Of a DNA stretch of 64,000 bases, positions 55,639 through 64,000 are shown one piece after another. Made by a program: the position numbers and the translations under genes. This DNA is from Prochlorococcus sp. HOT208_60m_808G21. GTDB taxonomy: Bacteria; Cyanobacteriota; Cyanobacteriia; PCC-6307; Cyanobiaceae. Each line of letters opens with the position of its first letter. The first letter of the stretch is position 1. Below the pieces are notes generated by a model. It did no database searches, was not told the DNA's origin, and saw nothing but the letters and a program-made list of their open reading frames with translations. The DNA lies in contig MWOY01000108.1 of the NCBI GenBank assembly GCA_002026015.1, positions 14,925 through 78,924 of the forward strand, written 5' to 3'.

Positions 55639-57441
55639 ATGCGCGTGACAACCTCATTTCCTCTGGGGACACTTCGTGACACACCTTCTGAAGCTGAGAT
55701 TATTTCACATCAATTACTCTTAAAAGCTGGGTATATTCGCAGAGTTAACAGCGGTATTTATGCATACATGCCACTAATGCTTAGAGTTATTGAAAAAATA
55801 TCCGCAATAATAGAGAAAGAACTTAATAGTATTGGTTGTACAAAATTACTATTACCCCAACTTCATCCTGCAGATTTATGGAAAAAAAGTGAAAGGTGGG
55901 AAGGATATACCGCAGGTGAAGGAATAATGTTTAATCTCAAAGATAGACAAGGTAAAGAATTTGGTTTAGCACCAACTCACGAAGAGGTGATCACGACTAT
56001 TGCATCAGAGACAATCAACTCCTATAAGCAATTACCTCAATGTTTTTACCAAATTCAGACAAAATTTAGAGATGAAATAAGGCCAAGGTTTGGTTTGATG
56101 AGAAGTAGAGAATTCATAATGAAAGATGGTTATTCTTTTCATTCTTCAGAAAACGATCTAGCTTCTTTCTATGAAAAGGTGGGCATTGCTTATGAAAATA
56201 TTTTTAAATCTTGTGGACTGCAGACAGTAGGGGTTGAAGCTGATAGTGGAGCAATTGGCGGTGCTTCTTCTAAAGAATTTATGGTCACTGCTGATGCTGG
56301 GGAAGATTCCATTTTGTTCACTCAAAGTGGTTCTTATGCTGCCAATATCGAAAAAGCTGTTTCTCTACCCTCTCAACCTATTCCACTTAAAGATAATATT
56401 GCAGAGTGGTTGGAAACGCCTCATCAAAAAACAATCCTAGAAGTTTGCGATAATAACAATTTAGACCCAAGTCAGATTATTAAAGTAGTAATATTCCTTG
56501 CACAGTTCGAAGGTGAATTTAATGTCCCAATTCTTGCATGCATAAGAGGCGATCAACATATTAATGAAGTAAAGCTTTTTAACTTAATCAATAAACTTCA
56601 TAATTTCAATCTTATTAATCTTAAAAAGATTGAAGACAAAAATTCTATCGAAAAAAATCTAGTTGATTTACCCTTAGGTTTTATCGGGCCAGATTTAGAT
56701 AATATAACTATTAAAGCTAGTTCAAATTGGGAAAAAAAATGGACAAGAATAATTGACCATTCTGCAAGTGACCTCTCAAACTTCATAAGTGGTGGGAATA
56801 AAGTTAATTTCCATAAAGTTTTTCAAGAATTTTCTTTTGATTCGAAAGACTATCTAATTGGGGATATCAGGAATGCCAAAAAAGGAGATAGAATAAGTAC
56901 TAATGATGATGAAGAACTTAAAGAAAAAAAAGGTATCGAAATTGGACATATTTTCCAACTAGGTCAGAAATATAGTGAAAAATTAAATGCAAAGTTCTCT
57001 GATAAGGACGGTAAGCTAAAAAATTTATGGATGGGTTGTTACGGAATAGGAGTGACAAGAATAGCTCAAGCCGCTATCGAACAGAATCATGATCAAAAAG
57101 GCATTTGTTGGCCTATCCAGATTTCTCCTTTTGAAGTTATTATTATCCCAACAAACCTAAAAGATCCTATTCAAAGTGAACTTACTGAGCATATCTATAA
57201 CAACTTTTTAATTAATAAAATTGATGTCCTTCTTGATGATAGAAACGATAGAGCTGGAGTGAAATTTAAAGATGCGGAATTAATTGGTATTCCTTTTCAG
57301 ATAATTATTGGCAGAGATTCTATTAATAAAGAAGTAGAACTTTTATGCAGAACAAATAATACTAAGCTTAAAATTAGTACTGATAAATTGTTAGAAACAT
57401 TTATTTCTGAATCTGAAATAATGTACAATAAAAAGTCTTGA
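55639..57441 (+). CDS. proS: Proline-tRNA ligase
   Basis: LAPTHEE, KFRDEIRPRFGLMR.REF.MKD, GHIFQLG, MGCYGIG. Confidence 0.98.
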   Translation: MRVTTSFPLGTLRDTPSEAEIISHQLLLKAGYIRRVNSGIYAYMPLMLRVIEKISAIIEKELNSIGCTKLLLPQLHPADLWKKSERWEGYTAGEGIMFNLKDRQGKEFGLAPTHEEVITTIASETINSYKQLPQCFYQIQTKFRDEIRPRFGLMRSREFIMKDGYSFHSSENDLASFYEKVGIAYENIFKSCGLQTVGVEADSGAIGGASSKEFMVTADAGEDSILFTQSGSYAANIEKAVSLPSQPIPLKDNIAEWLETPHQKTILEVCDNNNLDPSQIIKVVIFLAQFEGEFNVPILACIRGDQHINEVKLFNLINKLHNFNLINLKKIEDKNSIEKNLVDLPLGFIGPDLDNITIKASSNWEKKWTRIIDHSASDLSNFISGGNKVNFHKVFQEFSFDSKDYLIGDIRNAKKGDRISTNDDEELKEKKGIEIGHIFQLGQKYSEKLNAKFSDKDGKLKNLWMGCYGIGVTRIAQAAIEQNHDQKGICWPIQISPFEVIIIPTNLKDPIQSELTEHIYNNFLINKIDVLLDDRNDRAGVKFKDAELIGIPFQIIIGRDSINKEVELLCRTNNTKLKISTDKLLETFISESEIMYNKKS

Positions 57442-57467
57442 GGCTTATTTTTTTTGGGAGCTAAGTT

Positions 57468-57905
57468 ATGTTACTGAAATGGACATCAAAATTATTTTTT
57501 AAAAATCTTACCAAAGCTATATCTTTTGCAATATCCTTAATTGTTGTTTTTACACTATTTAGTTCCCCTTCCATAGCGGCAAAAACCGCTATGACAGGTG
57601 ACTATACAAAGGATACAATCTCAGTTGTTAAAACATTACAAACAGCTGTTGATACTCCAAAAGATTCTCCAAATAAAGATGAAGTAAGAAGTGAAGCTCT
57701 TACACTCATAACTGACTATATTTCCAGATATAGAAATAGAGGGATGGTGAATAAAACGCAATCATTTACCACAATGCAAACAGCATTAAATGCTATGGCA
57801 GGTCATTACAAAAACTTTGCAAGTAGACCTTTGCCAGATAAACTAAAGGAGCGTTTAACCAAAGAATTTTCTCTTGCTGAAAAAATGGTTCTAAGAGAAA
57901 GTTGA
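57468..57905 (+). CDS. psb27: Photosystem II assembly protein Psb27
   Basis: MTGDY..DT, YISRYR, SFTTMQTALNAMAGHY, RPLP. Confidence 0.93.
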   Translation: MLLKWTSKLFFKNLTKAISFAISLIVVFTLFSSPSIAAKTAMTGDYTKDTISVVKTLQTAVDTPKDSPNKDEVRSEALTLITDYISRYRNRGMVNKTQSFTTMQTALNAMAGHYKNFASRPLPDKLKERLTKEFSLAEKMVLRES

Positions 57906-57932
57906 TACAATTCATTTACTTTTTAAAAGTAA

Positions 57933-59297
<1,365 letters not shown>

Positions 59298-59312
59298 TTT
59301 AGTTCCAAATTA

Positions 59313-60317
59313 ATGAAGGAATCCTTTAGACATTTTGAAGATAAAAAAGTTGATCTCATTGGTCTGGGCAACGCAATAGTAGATATTATTGTAAATATTG
59401 AAGATGAGTTTCTTGAGATAAATAATCTGGATAAAGGATCAATGAATCTAATAAATTCTGATGAATCACAGAGATTGTTAGAAAATTGCGAAGTGATCAA
59501 ACAAATTTCAGGTGGGTCCTCAGCAAATACTGTTGTTTCTTTAGCAGAATTAGGCAATCATGTGCAGTTTATAGGAAGAGTGAAAAATGATCAATTTGGG
59601 AATTTCTTTTCTGACGATATAAAAAAAAGTAAAACTATATTTAACACTCCACCTACTATTGAAGGTGCTCCAACAGCTCATTCAATCATTTTGGTTACAC
59701 CTGATGCACAAAGAACTATGTGCACTTACCTAGGAGCCTCTGTAGAGTTTGAACCAAAAGACATTGACTTTACTGTAATTAAGGAAAGCAAATACTTATA
59801 TTTAGAAGGATATTTATGGGACAGCGAATTAGCTAAAAAAGCTTTTATTAAAGCCGCCAAAGTTGCAAAAAAGTCTAATACAAAAATAATCCTTTCTTTG
59901 TCTGATTCATTTTGTGTAGATAGACATCGTGAGAGTTTCTTGGACTTAATTAATGAATATGTAGATATTGTTTTTTGTAATGAATCCGAGGTGTTAAGTC
60001 TATTTAAAAATGATAAATTAGCAAGCTGCCAAGAAGACCTATCTTCCTTGTGTGAATTAGTCATAGTAACTCTTGGAAGCAATGGTTCTCTGATCGTTAA
60101 CAAAAATAATGTTGAAATAATTGAGTCAATAACGAAAGGCAAGATTATTGATACTACAGGAGCGGGAGATATCTATGCGGGAGGATTTATCCATGGATTA
60201 ATAAACAATTGTTCCCTCAAAAAATGCGGAGAGATAGCTTCAATTTGTGCGGGGCAAATAATTACTCAATTAGGATCTAGAACAGATATTAATCTTAAAG
60301 AGTTAATAAAGATTTAA
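59313..60317 (+). CDS. PfkB-family (adenosine-kinase-like) kinase
   Basis: GNAIVD, SGGSSAN, QRTMCTYLGA, DTTGAGD. Confidence 0.9.
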   Translation: MKESFRHFEDKKVDLIGLGNAIVDIIVNIEDEFLEINNLDKGSMNLINSDESQRLLENCEVIKQISGGSSANTVVSLAELGNHVQFIGRVKNDQFGNFFSDDIKKSKTIFNTPPTIEGAPTAHSIILVTPDAQRTMCTYLGASVEFEPKDIDFTVIKESKYLYLEGYLWDSELAKKAFIKAAKVAKKSNTKIILSLSDSFCVDRHRESFLDLINEYVDIVFCNESEVLSLFKNDKLASCQEDLSSLCELVIVTLGSNGSLIVNKNNVEIIESITKGKIIDTTGAGDIYAGGFIHGLINNCSLKKCGEIASICAGQIITQLGSRTDINLKELIKI

Positions 60318-60623
60318 TCAAATAGTCTTATTCAACCAATCATAATATTTCATCTCAGCATGGTATTTTTTGTAAATAATTTGAGGGACATCATATGTGG
60401 AATTTTTATTTACGAAATCAATTAAACAATCCTTAAATTCTAGTTTACTTTTTATAGTGATTTCAAACTCTTTAGTTTCTTCAATATCATTATCCCACTT
60501 ATAAATTGAAAAAATTTGCTTTATCGAAACACAAGCTGCAAGTTTATTTTGTAAGAGTAATTTAGCCATTCGCAAAGCATTTGCGTTACTTGATTCAGTT
60601 GTGAACATAACTAATACTTCCAT
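60318..60623 (-). CDS. cutA: Divalent-cation tolerance protein CutA
   Basis: LLQNKLAACV, SIYKW, YDVPQI, YYDWL. Confidence 0.87.
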   Translation of the reverse strand: MEVLVMFTTESSNANALRMAKLLLQNKLAACVSIKQIFSIYKWDNDIEETKEFEITIKSKLEFKDCLIDFVNKNSTYDVPQIIYKKYHAEMKYYDWLNKTI

Positions 60624-60636
60624 AATGAATTAAACA

Positions 60637-61434
60637 TCAATATTTTTTAATTATGTGATTTATCAAATTGTGATATTGATCAAAAGAGTAAGAATAATCA
60701 TTTTTAACTTTCGGCCTTTTAAGCAAAAATAACTTCATCTTACTTCCAGAAACTATACTCTCCCAGTTTTTTTGAGAATAACTTCCAGATTCTCTGCATA
60801 GAACATAATCTATCTCCCAAAAATCACAAAGTTTTTTTTCTAAAATGCTTTTATTATTTTTACTCGGTTCAAGTATCGCAATGTTTGAATTTTTAATACA
60901 TGATCCAAAAGCTTTAGTTATACTTTCATAAGTTGGAAGTACCCTTGTAAATACATTTGCTTTACAATTCATATAATAACTAGCTGTATCGTTAAGGTAT
61001 CTTGATCCTATTGCAAGAAGAATATTCTTATTAACAATATCAACATTATTTATATCCTTTAAGTGATCAATATAAAAAAAATTATTAGTTTTATTTATTA
61101 AAGATTTCCTCTCAAATAGTAAAAGAGGTGTACTAATCTCTTTACATGCATTATTAAGATTTTTAGAAATTATTACGGCAAACGGATGAGTAGCATCGAC
61201 AACGCATGTGATTTTATTTCTATTTATGAAATTTATTATTTCATCTTTATTATTTAATTTACCCGTAATGATATGTAACTTTGGATTTTCAATATAAGCT
61301 TTCCCTGCTTTATAAGTTAAAACACTTGCAAAGACTGAATAATTAAGTTCGAGCAGCCTATTTGCTATTTCAGGTCCATCCGAAGTTCCTGATAGGATCC
61401 AAACATTTTTATAGCAATTTTCTTGATTCTGCAT
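60637..61434 (-). CDS. cobK: Precorrin-6x/cobalt-precorrin-6A reductase
   Basis: LSGTSDG, VDATHPFA, RVLP, RESG, KRP. Confidence 0.9.
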   Translation of the reverse strand: MQNQENCYKNVWILSGTSDGPEIANRLLELNYSVFASVLTYKAGKAYIENPKLHIITGKLNNKDEIINFINRNKITCVVDATHPFAVIISKNLNNACKEISTPLLLFERKSLINKTNNFFYIDHLKDINNVDIVNKNILLAIGSRYLNDTASYYMNCKANVFTRVLPTYESITKAFGSCIKNSNIAILEPSKNNKSILEKKLCDFWEIDYVLCRESGSYSQKNWESIVSGSKMKLFLLKRPKVKNDYSYSFDQYHNLINHIIKKY

Positions 61435-61462
61435 CAGTATGTCTTTAATTAAATAGTAAGTA

Positions 61463-61888
61463 ATGAATCATTGTTTAATACAGGCGGTAATTAATAGCGC
61501 TCCCCAAATGAGGTATACCAAAGAAAACCAAACTCCAATTGCAGAAATGATTGTTAATTTTAAAGGATTACGTAGAGAAGATCCAACCAGAGATCTCAAG
61601 ATCATAGGATGGGGAAATATTGCCCAAGAAATGGTAGATGAACTAAAGGAAGGCCAAAATATTGTTATTGAGGGACGTCTAAAGATGAATTCTGTCACTA
61701 GAAAAGACGGAACAAAAGAAAAGCAACCAGAACTAACAGCTTCAAAGATTCATCAAATATCGCCAGTTGAAGTTATTAATTCTGATCAAAAAGAAAATAA
61801 CGAGTCATTTGAAAATAAAGAAAAAACCAAAAATTCTAGTTGGGATAGTTCACCTTTAGTACCCGAAGTTGACGAAATACCTTTTTAA
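61463..61888 (+). CDS. Single-stranded DNA-binding-like protein
   Basis: OB fold (PQMRYT, WG, IEGRL) with acidic C-terminal tip DEIPF. Confidence 0.85.
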   Translation: MNHCLIQAVINSAPQMRYTKENQTPIAEMIVNFKGLRREDPTRDLKIIGWGNIAQEMVDELKEGQNIVIEGRLKMNSVTRKDGTKEKQPELTASKIHQISPVEVINSDQKENNESFENKEKTKNSSWDSSPLVPEVDEIPF

Positions 61889-61889
61889 A

Positions 61890-62072
61890 TCAAATGCCAA
61901 CATTATTTTCTTGAACACTTATAATTAGTTTGCTTATTTTTCTTTCAAGCTCGGCAAGTTCACTTCTGATTTCTGGCCATTTACCCTTATCAAGATTTTC
62001 TAGTAGCCATGCTCTATCTTGATCAAGTTTAAAAATTAAATCTCCTTGATTTGCAGTATTAGGATCTTGCAT
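61890..62072 (-). CDS. Small conserved hypothetical protein
   Basis: 60 aa, LDQDRAWLLENLDKGKWPE.R.ELA.LER; fills the intergenic gap. Confidence 0.65.
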   Translation of the reverse strand: MQDPNTANQGDLIFKLDQDRAWLLENLDKGKWPEIRSELAELERKISKLIISVQENNVGI

Positions 62073-62114
62073 AATACTTGTTAGCCCATTTAAAACTCAT
62101 TCTACAAAATCAAA

Positions 62115-62645
62115 ATGAAGAAATACTTATCGCCTGGAAACTTAATCGTAACAGCTGGGGGTATATTAGCTTTTGTTGGAATGACTGCTTATTTTACAGA
62201 CTCAGTGAATTTAAGTGTACCTACTTTTTTTTATGGAGTACCTATTTTTCTAATTGGATTAGGCTTAAAGACTTCCGAAATACCTCCTGTAGAGTTGTTT
62301 GACAAGACAAATTTTGCGACAAATAAATTTAACAGGCCAAAGGAATTAACAGCACTAGTTAAAGATGTTACGAGATGGAGGTATGGGATAAAAGCCCATC
62401 TTGAATCGTCATTAGAATCTTTAAATTTGTGGGACGAGGATAACCCCCCTCAATTAAAAGAAATAGAAGAAATTACAAAGGAAGAAAAAAATGGTCTCAG
62501 AATGCGTTTCGAATTAAACGCTGTCCCTCTAGAAAAATGGATTGAAAAACAAGAAAGATTAAACAGGTTTTTCGTCAAAGGTCTTGAATCAGAATTTATT
62601 ATCGACGATAATAAAAAAGAATTTGATTTTATTCTCTTTTATTGA
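62115..62645 (+). CDS. DUF2854-family membrane protein
   Basis: Two N-terminal TM segments, FFYGVPI.L.GL.LK.SE, KDVTRWRYG..AHL. Confidence 0.75.
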   Translation: MKKYLSPGNLIVTAGGILAFVGMTAYFTDSVNLSVPTFFYGVPIFLIGLGLKTSEIPPVELFDKTNFATNKFNRPKELTALVKDVTRWRYGIKAHLESSLESLNLWDEDNPPQLKEIEEITKEEKNGLRMRFELNAVPLEKWIEKQERLNRFFVKGLESEFIIDDNKKEFDFILFY

Positions 62646-62709
62646 ATATAGGGATATATTTGTAAAAACCTAATTTCTCAATTCAATCAAGTTTTAATGA
62701 ATTTTAATA

Positions 62710-63561
62710 ATGAATGATTCTCAAAGAGTATCAATATTAAGCGAAGCACTTCCATATATACAAAGTTTCTCAGGTAGAAAAATTGTGATCAAGTATGGCG
62801 GTTCTGTTATGGAGAATGATAATTTAAAAAATGCTTTTTTTAGAGACATAGCACTTTTATCAACCGTTGGGGTTTGTCCGATAGTAATTCATGGAGGTGG
62901 ACCCGAGATTAATAATTGGTTAAAGAAATTAGCAATATCTCCTAAATTCGAAAATGGATTAAGAATTACTGATCAAAAAACAATGGAAATTGTGGAGATG
63001 GTTCTAATGGGTAGAGTTAACAAACAAATTGTAAAAGGCATTAATAAAACTGGATCCTTAGCTGTGGGAATATCAGGTCTTGATGGTAACTTAATTCAAT
63101 CTAGAGAACTAGGAGATGGGAGCCATGGGCTAGTGGGAGAGGTTACAAAAATCAATCCTGAAATATTAGAACCTCTTATTTCTAAAGGATATATCCCAAT
63201 TATTTCTAGCATTGGATCAACCTTGGAGGGTATTTCCCATAATATAAATGCAGATTTTGTTGCTGGAGAAATTGCTGCTGCAATAAATGCAGAAAAACTT
63301 ATTCTTCTTACTGATACTCAAGGGATTTTAAAAGAAAAAGATAACAAAAATAGTCTGGTCGAAAAAACTAATCTTAAAGAGGCAAGAGATTTTATTGATA
63401 AAAAAATTGTGACTGAAGGTATGATTCCAAAGACAGAATGCTGTATAAGAGCATTAGCACAAGGAGTCAAAGCAGCTCACATAATTGATGGAAGAATAGA
63501 ACATTCATTACTTCTTGAGATTTTTACAAATTCTGGAATAGGTACAATGATAGTCGCCTAA
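62710..63561 (+). CDS. argB: Acetylglutamate kinase
   Basis: EALPYI, KYGGS, HGGGP, GLRITD, NINAD, GMIPK. Confidence 0.97.
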   Translation: MNDSQRVSILSEALPYIQSFSGRKIVIKYGGSVMENDNLKNAFFRDIALLSTVGVCPIVIHGGGPEINNWLKKLAISPKFENGLRITDQKTMEIVEMVLMGRVNKQIVKGINKTGSLAVGISGLDGNLIQSRELGDGSHGLVGEVTKINPEILEPLISKGYIPIISSIGSTLEGISHNINADFVAGEIAAAINAEKLILLTDTQGILKEKDNKNSLVEKTNLKEARDFIDKKIVTEGMIPKTECCIRALAQGVKAAHIIDGRIEHSLLLEIFTNSGIGTMIVA

Positions 63562-63564
63562 CTC

Positions 63565-64000
63565 ATGAAAACTTATGAGCAAGTTTTAGAAACAGTAGAA
63601 CTTGCTTTAGCTAAAGGTGAGTATCATTACTGTATTGAATTTCTTTTGCCCTTAATCGAATCATTTCCTTTATCAAGCAAAGAAGGAGTAAATTTAAGAA
63701 CAATCTTAATTACTGCTCTTTGTGGTATCAATAAAAAGGAGGAAGCTAAAAGGTTTTGTAAAGAACTTCTGAAATCTTACGATAATAAGACGAGAGAAAA
63801 TGCAAAATACCTGATGGAAGTTATAGACTCTCCTGAGATTAAAAAGCCAGAAAATTGGAACGTACAGTTTGAAAGCGACCCATCACTCAATAAAAGATCT
63901 CTTAACTCAATGGACAAAAAAAGAGAAGTATTGAAGAAAAAAAAATTTATTAATGTAACTGAGACACCAACTGGTGAAACAAAACCCTTTCAGAAAGGCT
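63565..64000 (+). CDS. TPR-like hypothetical protein (DUF3153-like), truncated by the window end
   Basis: ATG at 63565, MKTYEQVLETVELALAKGEYHYC..., open to the end of the window. Confidence 0.65.
   Translation, partial: MKTYEQVLETVELALAKGEYHYCIEFLLPLIESFPLSSKEGVNLRTILITALCGINKKEEAKRFCKELLKSYDNKTRENAKYLMEVIDSPEIKKPENWNVQFESDPSLNKRSLNSMDKKREVLKKKKFINVTETPTGETKPFQKG

Noticed and set aside
62078-62302. 74-aa ORF overlapping the DUF2854 gene
   Set aside because: Alternative frame of a better-supported gene

Overview
AT-rich, gene-dense cyanobacterial core-genome region that looks like a high-light Prochlorococcus marinus (inferred from form IA RuBisCO with an alpha-carboxysome operon, no cbbX or csoS1E in the cso locus, an intronless tRNA-Leu(UAA) and short intergenic spacers). 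It holds dnaA, the csoS1-rbcLS-csoS2-csoSCA-csoS4AB locus with csoS1D, chlNBL and por, psaM, the ado-aar-accA alkane cluster, ilvB, hemH, an orphan XisA/XisC-like tyrosine recombinase, pyrH-frr, tal, ftsI, proS, psb27, purA and argB. No CRISPR, rRNA, IS element or prophage is visible. The strongest unexplained signal is a GC-rich, structured element of about 60 nt (20171-20230, + strand) in the divergent csoS1/HAM1 spacer. It has its own sigma70-like promoter and carries two blocks complementary to the predicted 5' end and the start-proximal bases of the csoS1-rbcLS mRNA, making it a candidate antisense regulator of the carboxysome operon. Other points of interest are a probable ATT start codon for pgeF, two candidate cryptic FtsL/FtsB-like division proteins and hairpins that may tune expression within the cso operon. 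All family assignments come from motif recognition, not database searches.
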